From an uncultured virus (IMG/VR IMGVR_UViG_3300042894_002899) (lineage: Duplodnaviria; Heunggongvirae; Uroviricota; Caudoviricetes): DNA of 64,000 nucleotides. The notes beneath the pieces are model-generated. The model saw only the letters and a list, made by a program, of their open reading frames with translations. It searched no databases and was not told where the DNA came from. Shown here piece by piece: positions 29,442 through 38,901 of the stretch. The position numbers and the translations under genes are program-made. Positions within the stretch are counted from its first letter, which is position 1, and the number at the start of each line of letters is the position of its first letter. The stretch spans positions 1-64,000 of IMG/VR virus record IMGVR_UViG_3300042894_002899; one strand, 5' to 3'.

Positions 29442-31940
29442 ATGGCATACATAATTAAAAATACGTCAGGATTAGTTAACACTCGTGTTACTGATACAGG
29501 TAGACAAAGACTATCTGAAGGTAATTTTAGGATTACATATTTTGCTTTGGGTGATAGTGAGGTTTCATATAACAAACTTCCTAACACTTATAATCAGGTA
29601 AATACGGTTATTTTAGAACCTGAATTTAATGCTCAGAATAGTTCTGGAGTTCCTGAATCTAACAGACAATATGTTAAGTATCCTTATTTAGTTGATGAGG
29701 GTCAAACAAATATATATGGAATTCCTTTTATGGATTCGGGTATTGAGTCTGTTTATAACAGAGCGGCAATGAGAGGATTTTTCACGGGTAATACAACAGC
29801 GTCTACGGTAAATTGGAGTGCACTTGTGAACAATAGTTATGTGGTTACACCTAACTATGTTGTAAACATGTCAACCCTAAATGGTACGAATGAAATTACA
29901 GTACAGAGAATGGATTGTAATTCGCAAAACGATAATACACCTAGTGTAGGAGATTTCATAACGATTTACTATGATGGTAGAGCAATGACAGATTGTTCTT
30001 GTTCTAATTTCCCAACACCAACACCAAGCGCTTCTGTAGGTCAAACACCAACACCAACGCCAACACCAAGCTCAACAAACGGTAATCCTTGTGCTTCGCC
30101 AACACCGACGCCAACACCTACTAAAACACCTTGTCTAACACCATCAAATACACCACAATGTCCTGTATTACCACCACCTGATTGTTTAAAGAATGTGGTG
30201 AGTTGTTTCTCAATTCTAACCTATAGAATTGTTGCGGTTTGTGGTGACGTATTAACATTGGATAGAACAACACCTGACTTTACAGACTTAGCATCTGATT
30301 GTTATGGTAGAACATTAATCTATCCACCACAAATGGTACCATTATATGATAGTTTTACACCTGAACCACATTGGGCACAAAGTGTGATTGATTTTGAATC
30401 TGTTTGTGATACCGATCAATTTGATGTTAAAATTTGGAATATGAATATTCCTTGGACCGAGAGTCCGGCAGGATTGAATTCTAACACATACCAAGATTAT
30501 ACTAAATTTGGTTCAGTTAATTATATAGGTCAAAAAGAATACTTTGGTTATACAACCTCAAATGCTCAAACATCTACAGATTCTGTATATTATTATAACT
30601 CTTTTGGTGAAAAAACTGTTGTTACACCTGAAAACCAAAAGGCAATTGCAATTATCCATTACACTAATCAAACTATTGATTTCTTCTATGGTGAAAAATT
30701 TGCGTTAGAACCTTACGACGCTCAAAATGCCGATAATACACAAGGTCAAGCGAGAAACTTCAAATTACACATACCAACGTTAATGTGGCATAAAAACCCT
30801 GAATGTTGTTACGGACAAACTTTTTGGGTTGATCCTCCAGGGTTCGATGGTAAAAACCTATTCCAAGTACAATATATTAAATCAAGTATTTCGGATAATA
30901 TGAACCAACCTGGTATGAGATATTATAATCTTTGGGACACATTTGCACAACCAAACGGATTACCAAGTAGAATTGGTAAAGTATTTCCTGACTCTAAATT
31001 GATCATTATTGATGATGAGGAAATTGTTGCGGCACTTTCATATAAAGCAAACAGAAACTGGACTTTACCAGCACCACAGGTTTCATTAATCACACCAAAC
31101 ACTTGCGGGGTTTCAAATACTACAGGGGTTTTAACGGGAGGTGCAGAAACACTATGGGTAACATATAGATTATCTAATACGACAACATTTACAAATTCTT
31201 TACATAGTAATTATTATACAAGTGTTGTTGGTACCGCTAATGTTTGTACACCAGATACTCCACAGAACGTGGCAGTAAGATTTGGTGGTGAGTTTAATTG
31301 TTTAGTGCAACCAGGATTTAGTCCTACCACTACAACAACAACTATGTCACCAACCACAACAACAACAACTTTAAATCCTATAACAACCACAACAACAACT
31401 TCTTGTCCTCTTTGTGTCGTACCTGCTGGATTCTACGCAACACAGTTCCAAGTCTTGGCTCAAAAAACGGTTGCAGGACAAAGACCCGATCCGTCATTAT
31501 GGAAACTAATTGATTTTACAGATCAAATTAGTGGTATGTTTATTAATGGTTATGTGACACAAGAGTCTTTAACGGCATCTACATTCGTAGTAACTGCAGA
31601 AAATTATAGTTCGGCACCTTATTATAACCTAAACAACTACATCCAACTACCACAAAATGGTGCAACAGGACAACAATTAAACTTCGGAGACGAATATTAT
31701 TTCTATGGTAATTTGGAAACAGATATCCAAGCAACCATTTACGAAATGAAATATAAGATCAACTTAAGTTTTAATGAGTTCTTGGTATCACAGAACCCAA
31801 CATGGACACCTGGTACACCATCTTACGTTACGGAAATTGCATTGTTAGACGATAACCAAGATATTTTGGTGATGTCTAAACTACAATCACCGGTATTAAG
31901 GCAAGGTATTCAACAATACGTTGTGAAGTTAGATTTCTAA
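29442..31940 (+). CDS. Tail/baseplate protein (tail-collar-like ends) with Pro-Thr and poly-Thr linkers
   Basis: TDTGRQRL..ITYFALGDSEV N-terminus and YVTEIALLD..ILVMSKL..PV C-terminus; PTPTP and TTTTTT tracts. Confidence 0.65.
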   Translation: MAYIIKNTSGLVNTRVTDTGRQRLSEGNFRITYFALGDSEVSYNKLPNTYNQVNTVILEPEFNAQNSSGVPESNRQYVKYPYLVDEGQTNIYGIPFMDSGIESVYNRAAMRGFFTGNTTASTVNWSALVNNSYVVTPNYVVNMSTLNGTNEITVQRMDCNSQNDNTPSVGDFITIYYDGRAMTDCSCSNFPTPTPSASVGQTPTPTPTPSSTNGNPCASPTPTPTPTKTPCLTPSNTPQCPVLPPPDCLKNVVSCFSILTYRIVAVCGDVLTLDRTTPDFTDLASDCYGRTLIYPPQMVPLYDSFTPEPHWAQSVIDFESVCDTDQFDVKIWNMNIPWTESPAGLNSNTYQDYTKFGSVNYIGQKEYFGYTTSNAQTSTDSVYYYNSFGEKTVVTPENQKAIAIIHYTNQTIDFFYGEKFALEPYDAQNADNTQGQARNFKLHIPTLMWHKNPECCYGQTFWVDPPGFDGKNLFQVQYIKSSISDNMNQPGMRYYNLWDTFAQPNGLPSRIGKVFPDSKLIIIDDEEIVAALSYKANRNWTLPAPQVSLITPNTCGVSNTTGVLTGGAETLWVTYRLSNTTTFTNSLHSNYYTSVVGTANVCTPDTPQNVAVRFGGEFNCLVQPGFSPTTTTTTMSPTTTTTTLNPITTTTTTSCPLCVVPAGFYATQFQVLAQKTVAGQRPDPSLWKLIDFTDQISGMFINGYVTQESLTASTFVVTAENYSSAPYYNLNNYIQLPQNGATGQQLNFGDEYYFYGNLETDIQATIYEMKYKINLSFNEFLVSQNPTWTPGTPSYVTEIALLDDNQDILVMSKLQSPVLRQGIQQYVVKLDF

Positions 31941-31994
31941 TAAAACTACAATTTTTATTGTTTTAGGTTATTATAAAATAAAACATTATTGTTT

Positions 31995-32603
31995 ATGGCA
32001 AAAAATTTAAAAAACTCACCTAAAGTTTTAGGTTTGGACGTATCCACAAGAACGATAGGATGGGCTTTATTTGATATTAAGACCCAAGAATTATTAGAAT
32101 TAACTCACATATCACCAAGACCTAAAATGGATAAAGGTGAGGATGATAAACTAAAGGAGTTATTATTAAAATCAGAGGTATTTGCCGAAAAACTCAAACA
32201 ATATAAAGATTTAGGTATTGTGAGAGTTGTAATCGAAGAACCATTATTAAACTCTAATAATATTTACACAATCCAAACACTATTGAGATTTAATAGTTTT
32301 ATCTTTAAAGAGATATATAATATTTTGGGTATTGTACCTGAATTCATTTCAACGTACAACTCAAGAAAGTTTGCATTTCCCGATTTAGTACAAGAAAATG
32401 ATAAGAAAAAGTTTGTCTTATTTGGAGGATTTCCAAAAGATGCGGATAAGAAAATGATTATTTGGGAAAAGGTTGCGAAGAAAGAACCTCAAATTAAATG
32501 GTTATACACTAAAAATAATACCCTTAAAAAAGAAAATTTTGATCAGACCGATGCTTATACCTGTGTGTTAGGATTTATGAGATATAAAGAAATTTGGTCT
32601 TAA
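31995..32603 (+). CDS. ruvC: RuvC-like Holliday junction resolvase
   Basis: VLGLDVSTRTIGWA, VVIEE, DQTDA RNase H-fold acidic residues; ATG chosen over upstream TTG. Confidence 0.8.
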   Translation: MAKNLKNSPKVLGLDVSTRTIGWALFDIKTQELLELTHISPRPKMDKGEDDKLKELLLKSEVFAEKLKQYKDLGIVRVVIEEPLLNSNNIYTIQTLLRFNSFIFKEIYNILGIVPEFISTYNSRKFAFPDLVQENDKKKFVLFGGFPKDADKKMIIWEKVAKKEPQIKWLYTKNNTLKKENFDQTDAYTCVLGFMRYKEIWS

Positions 32604-32628
32604 TATCGTTTAATATACCGATAATTTG

Positions 32629-32660
32629 AAATATCGTCTTTATAGACGATATTTTTTTTT
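32629..32660. terminator. Terminator between convergent genes
   Basis: AAATATCGTCT / AGACGATATTT stem plus T tract. Confidence 0.8.
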
Positions 32661-33954
32661 ATAAACAAGCCGAACCAACAGGTGTAATTGTGATGTTAGG
32701 TGATGTAGTTGTAGGTACAACTGATGCACAAATTATACTTGATGAAAATGCCGGTATACCCTGAGTTTGAGCTCCGTTACAGTTTGTGTAGTTAAATTTA
32801 AATAAAGTAGGGCTTTGATTATTTACGATGTATTGTAATAATATACAAGGTGTTGAACTCGGTGTTGGTGTAGGTGTGGTTGTTGGTGTTGGTGTTGGTG
32901 TTGCGGTTAAGTTAGGTATACAATTTAAACACGCTCCGTCAACAGACGCACCAATCTCAGTAGTTAATGATATGGTATCATTACCACTTATATTTTCAAA
33001 CAAACCTTCATAAACAACACAATACCCCTGACCATTAATCGTTGCATTATAAACGTAACCTTCTTTAGGTGATGTGGTTCCAGATACTAAAACAATACCT
33101 GATGTGAAGTAATCTATACCTGTAAAACAATCTTTAAATTTCTTACTATTTGCACACTCAAGAATTTCGGAGAATGCATTGAAGATAACTTCACCTGAGA
33201 AATTACAAGGTCTTGTAACTACTGGTGATGGTGAAGGTGTTGGAGTCATTGTTGGTGTTGGAGTTGGTGTATAACCACTAGCCGTTGCTAATAATGAAAC
33301 CCCACCACATGGGTTAGAAGATGTTGGTGTAGGTGTTGGTGTTGGTGTTGCAGTACTTGTAGGTGTTGGTGTTGGTGTTGAAGGGACTAAACAATCAAAA
33401 ATTGCGTCAAAATTAAAAGTGGCACAAGGATCAACAGGTGGTGCCGGAGGTGTTACACATAACCCCGGATAACCAACTGTTATATCAAAATCAGGTTCAG
33501 AACTCGTACTCCCAAACGTACCAAATTGAATACACGGTGAACCTACAGCGTTAGACAAACACCACCTACTTTCTACAGTAGAATAATAAATACAAGTACT
33601 ATTTGTTATTGAAGTATAAACAGGATAAGTGTCTTGAACACCAACCATCTGATATTGACCGTTATATCCTGGTTCATTTTGTATACAATATTGAATACCA
33701 CCTGTAGTACAACCCGACATATTACTCACATAATACTGGCTAAAAAGAAAAGAAAATTCTATAACTACATTACCGTTTGAATAAAATCCTGTCGATATTA
33801 TATCTGCCGGATTAGCACAACTTGACCCACTATAAAGAGTTTGGGGTGTTGCAAAGAAATAATTATCCCCATATAAAGTTATGTTTGGTGTTTCATTACA
33901 CAACCCAGTTGACGTACCACTATAAACCCAAAGACCTAAATTATTACAAGCCAT
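32659..33954 (-). CDS. Cys-rich structural-type protein with three Pro-Thr linkers
   Basis: TPTPTP tracts, many Cys, composition like the tail block. Confidence 0.7.
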   Translation of the reverse strand: MACNNLGLWVYSGTSTGLCNETPNITLYGDNYFFATPQTLYSGSSCANPADIISTGFYSNGNVVIEFSFLFSQYYVSNMSGCTTGGIQYCIQNEPGYNGQYQMVGVQDTYPVYTSITNSTCIYYSTVESRWCLSNAVGSPCIQFGTFGSTSSEPDFDITVGYPGLCVTPPAPPVDPCATFNFDAIFDCLVPSTPTPTPTSTATPTPTPTPTSSNPCGGVSLLATASGYTPTPTPTMTPTPSPSPVVTRPCNFSGEVIFNAFSEILECANSKKFKDCFTGIDYFTSGIVLVSGTTSPKEGYVYNATINGQGYCVVYEGLFENISGNDTISLTTEIGASVDGACLNCIPNLTATPTPTPTTTPTPTPSSTPCILLQYIVNNQSPTLFKFNYTNCNGAQTQGIPAFSSSIICASVVPTTTSPNITITPVGSACL

Positions 33955-33955
33955 A

Positions 33956-34177
33956 TTATATTACAACATTTGTTTCGATAATGCAATTGTTATTATCAAT
34001 CACCTTAATTCCTACCGAAGCCATTCCTTCTTGAATAAATGGTAAATCAAAACTATAAGGTACCTGACCCGAGGTTATTGTTGAGATATAAATACAATTT
34101 GTGTATCCTGTATCACAAGAATAAACATCAAATGGTTGTGCTCCCGTTAAAGTTGAAATAGTGATTTGTGTTGGCAT
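33956..34177 (-). CDS. Small Cys-containing protein, paralog of 23295..23591
   Basis: Shared motif; minus-strand TATTTAT at 34185-34191. Confidence 0.65.
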   Translation of the reverse strand: MPTQITISTLTGAQPFDVYSCDTGYTNCIYISTITSGQVPYSFDLPFIQEGMASVGIKVIDNNNCIIETNVVI

Positions 34178-34252
34178 ATCAACAATAAATATAAAAGAAC
34201 CCGAAAGTTTGTGTAGTTGATGTATTGAAAGTTTATGTTTATATTATAGGGG

Positions 34253-35152
34253 ATGGATGAAAATGAAGCGTTAGTTGAGTTATTAGAGGAAGTTCTTGGT
34301 GATCACGGGCTCCATTACCCCAACCGTGGACAAATTTCTTTCAACTGTCCCGTATGTGATGAGGACCGGAATAAACACAACTTGGAGGTTAACTACATAG
34401 ATAATGTCTATAAGTGTTGGGCTTGCGGTGATAGTGAAGGAACTCACGGATCTTTGGGTAAGATATTCGACAAATACGGAAACAGAAAACAAAAGAAACT
34501 TTATACCGTCCTAAAACCCGAAACCGTTGTCAAACGAGAAAAAAAGAAAAAAACCCTTAAACTCCCCGACTCATTCACCCTGTTCAAAGAATCAAGTCCG
34601 GTATATCCTGTTAGAAGACAAGCTATAAATTACCTACATAATCGGGGAATTTCCGATTATATGATTGAAAAATATCAAATTGGATTTTGTGATAAAGGTG
34701 ATCACGCTGGTCGTATTGTCGTACCATCATACGATAAAAATGGTGAACTGAATTATTATATCGCAAGAAGTTGGAACCCAATGTCTCGAGCAAAATATAA
34801 AAACCCTGAAGCAGAAAAAGATAAGATCATCTTTTGGGAGAATCTTATTGATTGGGATAAAGATATTTTTTTAGTTGAGGGTGCCTTTGATGGGTTGTTT
34901 TTAGATAATGCGATACCTATGTTAGGTAAACACATGTCGGAACTTCTTTTTGAAACGATCTATAAAAAAGTGAAAGGTAACATTACTATTTGTTTGGATG
35001 CTGACGCTTGGCAAAACGCGGTTAAACTCTATCACGAATTAAATGGAGGTGAATTGTGGGGTAGAATCAAATTAGTTAAACTACCCGACGATAAGGATAT
35101 TGCCGACCTTAGAGGCGAAATAAAAGATGAATATTATCATATTATAAAATAA
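34253..35152 (+). CDS. dnaG: DNA primase (Zn finger + TOPRIM)
   Basis: CPVC...CWAC zinc finger, KYKNP, LVEGAFD, LDADA, DIAD. Confidence 0.88.
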   Translation: MDENEALVELLEEVLGDHGLHYPNRGQISFNCPVCDEDRNKHNLEVNYIDNVYKCWACGDSEGTHGSLGKIFDKYGNRKQKKLYTVLKPETVVKREKKKKTLKLPDSFTLFKESSPVYPVRRQAINYLHNRGISDYMIEKYQIGFCDKGDHAGRIVVPSYDKNGELNYYIARSWNPMSRAKYKNPEAEKDKIIFWENLIDWDKDIFLVEGAFDGLFLDNAIPMLGKHMSELLFETIYKKVKGNITICLDADAWQNAVKLYHELNGGELWGRIKLVKLPDDKDIADLRGEIKDEYYHIIK

Positions 35153-36015
35153 TGGATTTAGTAAAAATATCACAAGAGATAAGAGACATTATCTCACAGA
35201 AACAAAAAGAATTCCAACTAACCTTTGAGGAGGAAAGTCATAAATATACGATGTTAGATGTTAATGGTAATCTAAAAAGTGATTTTCCATCAGTATCTAA
35301 AGTAATGAAAATATTTTACGAGGAGTTCCCAACCGAACAAGTCGCTTATAACAAAGCAGGTGGTGATCCTGATGAGGCAGAAAGACTAATGGAAGAATGG
35401 GCTGAATCGGGTAGAAAATCGACAAACTTAGGATCAAGGTGTCACTACTTTTTAGAGGAACATACCCTCAAAGAGTTTGGTATTGAAAAAGTTGTTCGTC
35501 AACCAATATTTGATTGTGATGCCGAACAGATCATCAAGAGTGACACGATGATCATCGCTGGAAAACGATACATCGAACTATTAAAATCAAGAGGATGTGT
35601 ATTGATCGATACGGAGATGGTGTTAGGTCATCCTGAATTGGAATATACGGGACAACCCGATAAGGTATGGTTAGTTGTTGGAACTAATGGTAATCTTGGT
35701 ATTCTAATAACAGATTGGAAATCAAATAAACCAAAGAACTTTGCGGTTACTCGATACACCAAAAAAATGAAACAACCATTTGAGGATTTACCTGACAATG
35801 CTCTTGGTCACTACAACACTCAATTACCTTTTTATGGTAAATTATTATTAAAAATGTTAGAAGGAACTAAGTACGAAAACATACAACTATTAGGGTGTAT
35901 TGTCGTTTTAATAACAGATGAAAGAGAATACCATGAATATCGTGTCTCTAAAAAAACAATCAATACCATTTTAGAAATGGATATGAAACAATATTTGACT
36001 AAACTTAAAAAATAA
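35152..36015 (+). CDS. PD-(D/E)XK exonuclease-like protein
   Basis: PSVSKV, GSRCH, GQPDK...ITDWKS, QLPFY motifs. Confidence 0.8.
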   Translation: MDLVKISQEIRDIISQKQKEFQLTFEEESHKYTMLDVNGNLKSDFPSVSKVMKIFYEEFPTEQVAYNKAGGDPDEAERLMEEWAESGRKSTNLGSRCHYFLEEHTLKEFGIEKVVRQPIFDCDAEQIIKSDTMIIAGKRYIELLKSRGCVLIDTEMVLGHPELEYTGQPDKVWLVVGTNGNLGILITDWKSNKPKNFAVTRYTKKMKQPFEDLPDNALGHYNTQLPFYGKLLLKMLEGTKYENIQLLGCIVVLITDEREYHEYRVSKKTINTILEMDMKQYLTKLKK

Positions 36016-36023
36016 ACTATAAT
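35995..36023 (+). promoter_or_regulatory. Sigma70-like promoter TTGACT-N17-TATAAT
   Basis: Near-consensus hexamers with 17-nt spacer, 5 nt before ATG 36029. Confidence 0.65.
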
Positions 36024-36028
36024 TCAGT

Positions 36029-36121
36029 ATGGAAGTTACAATTACGCCCATTTGGGTCACAACAACAAGTTGGGATCACCAAATACCTTTTGAAATAAAC
36101 GTAAATTATATTATAAAATGA
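36029..36121 (+). CDS. 30-aa microprotein MEVTITPIWVTTTSWDHQIPFEINVNYIIK (not in ORF track)
   Basis: Starts right after the promoter; stop overlaps next start (ATGA). Confidence 0.45.
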   Translation: MEVTITPIWVTTTSWDHQIPFEINVNYIIK

Positions 36122-36336
36122 GTGATGATATCATAAGACCAAAGATTGACCTACGTCAACAAGCAACAATTAAATGCGAAAAGTGTGAGTCAAAGTTCTT
36201 CAAGGAAGTGACCATGTTGAAGAAAGTCCCTAAATTATTAACAGGAAGTGCTGAAGACACAATCGTTCCATTCCCTACATATATGTGTAATGACTGTGGA
36301 CATGTGAATGAAGACTTCGAATTATTCTTAGACTAA
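36118..36336 (+). CDS. Small zinc-ribbon protein
   Basis: CEKC...CNDCGH. Confidence 0.7.
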   Translation: MSDDIIRPKIDLRQQATIKCEKCESKFFKEVTMLKKVPKLLTGSAEDTIVPFPTYMCNDCGHVNEDFELFLD

Positions 36337-36482
36337 TGGAAATTGGTAAAATGAAAATAAGTGAAGCGGAGCCATATTTGGAAAGTATTGCTCTACTTTA
36401 CGGATTAAAACTAAACAAAGTTAAACACTTTAAGTTCGCAAGAATGATCCTTGCAACTTTATATTGTAGAGAAACAGCATGA
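36336..36482 (+). CDS. 48-aa hypothetical protein (not in ORF track)
   Basis: MEIGKMKISEAEPY...; coupled at both ends (TAATG and ATGA). Confidence 0.6.
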   Translation: MEIGKMKISEAEPYLESIALLYGLKLNKVKHFKFARMILATLYCRETA

Positions 36483-36721
36483 CACACAAAGAATTTTACA
36501 TTTGGTTAGAAGGGTACCTTCATGGTAAACTTGAAAACAAACACATAGATATCGCACCTATTGTGGAAAAAATGGGTCAGGTAAAAGAGGAAAGAACTAA
36601 AAGTAATTTATTACCTTTCCAACACATACCAATACCGGTTAACCCATTTCCTATTAAAGATGATCCTTATAAACCACCATACGAAGTATATTGTGGAGAT
36701 AAAACACAATTAAATGATTAA
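36479..36721 (+). CDS. Hypothetical protein
   Basis: Coupled ORF, MTHKEFYIWLEGYL. Confidence 0.6.
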   Translation: MTHKEFYIWLEGYLHGKLENKHIDIAPIVEKMGQVKEERTKSNLLPFQHIPIPVNPFPIKDDPYKPPYEVYCGDKTQLND

Positions 36722-37493
36722 GAAACTTACACATTTTTCGGATTTACATATTCGTTTATTTAAGGATCACGACTTGTATCGCGACATTATTCGCGACATG
36801 TTGTCGCGATTCGAACAAATTAAGCCGGATAGAATAGTATTCACAGGTGATTTAGTTCATTCCAAAAATCAAATGACACCTGAACTTATTGAGATTGTTG
36901 CTTGGGTTTTAACTGAATGTTCTAAAATTGCAAAGACAATCTTGATTCCTGGTAATCACGACTTCTTGGTGAATAATACTGAACGATTGGATGCTTTATC
37001 ACCAATTATCAATTCACTAAATAGTGAAAATATTGTCTATTATAAGGATAGAGGTATCTATGAGGATGAAAATATTAGTTGGTGTGTTTATTCACAATAT
37101 CAAGGAAATATCCCACCTGATATTGTTGACGCAAAAGGAACCAAGATTGGATTGTTTCACGGACCAATTCAAGGAATGAAGACCGATCTTGGTTTTGACT
37201 TTGGTGAGGAGGCTTATGATGTTGAAAAGTTTAATGGACTTGAAACTGTTTTGTGTGGAGATATTCACAAAAGACAAGAGTTTAATTTTAAGACAGGTAA
37301 AGGATATATGATTGGAAGCCCAATTCAACAGAATATTGGTGAAAGTATCGGACGACACGGTTATGGAATTTACGATGTTGAAACAAAAGAATATTCTTAT
37401 GTTGATTTACCAAACCCAAAACCTTTTATGAAGTTCTCCATAAAATCATTTGAGGATATTGAGAATGGAACCGAAAAACTCCAAAATCTTTAA
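36714..37493 (+). CDS. sbcD: Mre11/SbcD/T4 gp47-like metallophosphoesterase nuclease (catalytic domain only)
   Basis: SDLH, GDLVH, PGNHD, FHG, GDIH, GSPIQQ. Confidence 0.88.
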   Translation: MIKKLTHFSDLHIRLFKDHDLYRDIIRDMLSRFEQIKPDRIVFTGDLVHSKNQMTPELIEIVAWVLTECSKIAKTILIPGNHDFLVNNTERLDALSPIINSLNSENIVYYKDRGIYEDENISWCVYSQYQGNIPPDIVDAKGTKIGLFHGPIQGMKTDLGFDFGEEAYDVEKFNGLETVLCGDIHKRQEFNFKTGKGYMIGSPIQQNIGESIGRHGYGIYDVETKEYSYVDLPNPKPFMKFSIKSFEDIENGTEKLQNL

Positions 37494-38220
37494 TAAGGAA
37501 ATGATGCAGGCAGTGTCTGCATTTTGTGAATCCCAAGGAATTAAGGATATTGACCAATTTATGTATCTATGTTTTAAACAAGGATTTGACATTAAAAAGT
37601 ACGGATTGTTGGGAAAAACACTTAATGAAGGTGAAAAAGACTTAAAAACGGGTGGGATTGAAGAAAAACAGGTGGAAATTGAGGTAATTCGAGAAATACG
37701 GGTGGAAGTACCGGTTGAGGTTATCAAAGAGGTTGAAAAAGTTGTTATCCAAGAAGTCATTAAGGAAATACCTGTTGACCGAGTTGTTGAAAAGGAAGTC
37801 TATATTACGGACAATACTCAAGTAAATGAACTGTTGTTAAAAATACAACAGTTGGAAAATGAAATGTCTAAGAACAATGAAGAGCTAGATGAACTTAGAC
37901 AAGAAATTTCCACTAAAACTACCGAAATCGGTACAATTAGAGAAGAATTTTCCACTAAAGACACTGAAAACGAAAGTTTTTTCCAAAATGAAATGTCTAA
38001 AAAGAATGAAGAACTAGATGAACTTAGACAAACTTTAGACGAACTTAAGAACAACGACAAGTCAAAACTACTTCAGGACACACTCCAAAATATAAGAGGA
38101 GAACTCCAACAAAAAAACGAACAAATAAAAGAATTAGAAAAAATAAACCGAGAACTTCTTAATGGTAATACAAACCAAGCTTACCTTATGAAGGGATCAA
38201 ATTTAAATAGAAGAATATGA
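37465..38220 (+). CDS. Coiled-coil protein with VEVP/EKVV repeats and internal duplication
   Basis: NEMSKxNEELDELRQ twice; IRVEVPVEVIKEVEKV. Confidence 0.65.
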   Translation: MEPKNSKIFNKEMMQAVSAFCESQGIKDIDQFMYLCFKQGFDIKKYGLLGKTLNEGEKDLKTGGIEEKQVEIEVIREIRVEVPVEVIKEVEKVVIQEVIKEIPVDRVVEKEVYITDNTQVNELLLKIQQLENEMSKNNEELDELRQEISTKTTEIGTIREEFSTKDTENESFFQNEMSKKNEELDELRQTLDELKNNDKSKLLQDTLQNIRGELQQKNEQIKELEKINRELLNGNTNQAYLMKGSNLNRRI

Positions 38221-38570
38221 CAACACAAATTTTAGTATGGTTCATTATGAGTTATGGATTAATGAATATCATGGTCTACGGATCGATATTTCAGGGGTTA
38301 AGAGATTTTTTGGGAAGATGGAGAGATGGTCAAAACCTACCCTTCAAACCTATCGGTAATTTTTTATCAGGATTGATTAACTGCCCATTATGTTTCTCAA
38401 CGTGGGGTGGATTTGTATTATCCGTATTGATATACTCACCAACAAATACTATATTTAATACACCTTTAATATGCTCTTGGTTCTTTGACGGAATAATGTC
38501 AGCAGGAGCAGTATGGGCAATCAATAGTGTAATCGAATGGTTTGAAGAAAATAGACCAAATAATAACTAA
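38217..38570 (+). CDS. Membrane protein, DUF1360-like
   Basis: Hydrophobic helices and CPLCFSTW motif. Confidence 0.6.
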   Translation: MTTQILVWFIMSYGLMNIMVYGSIFQGLRDFLGRWRDGQNLPFKPIGNFLSGLINCPLCFSTWGGFVLSVLIYSPTNTIFNTPLICSWFFDGIMSAGAVWAINSVIEWFEENRPNNN

Positions 38571-38584
38571 TAACGTAAAGTAAA

Positions 38585-38899
38585 ATGGGTAAAAAAGCAA
38601 AAGAACACAGAGCAAAAGTTGCAAAACGAAATGCGAAATTAGCACAACAAAAATCAGGAATGCAGAAGGCATTTGATATGTTAATACAACAACAACTTGA
38701 AAAATTAAAAGAAGAGGAAATTAAGGCTCAAGTTGGTGATCAAGAATTGGATATGTCAATCATTGAAGAAAAAATTGTTGATCATGCGTTTAAATTTACA
38801 CCAAACCCTGAAGAATCTGCGAAGATCAACAAAGAATTTGAAGAAGTAGAGGTTAATGAACAACAAGTTGAGGACCAAGTTTCTGAGTTAGAAAAATAA
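38585..38899 (+). CDS. Hypothetical protein (basic N-terminus, acidic C-terminus)
   Basis: ORF within operon. Confidence 0.6.
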   Translation: MGKKAKEHRAKVAKRNAKLAQQKSGMQKAFDMLIQQQLEKLKEEEIKAQVGDQELDMSIIEEKIVDHAFKFTPNPEESAKINKEFEEVEVNEQQVEDQVSELEK

Positions 38900-38901
38900 A
38901 A

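Noticed and set aside
35152..36015. Cas4 / CRISPR adaptation gene
   Set aside because: PD-(D/E)XK core without the four-Cys Fe-S pattern or CRISPR context; sits beside primase
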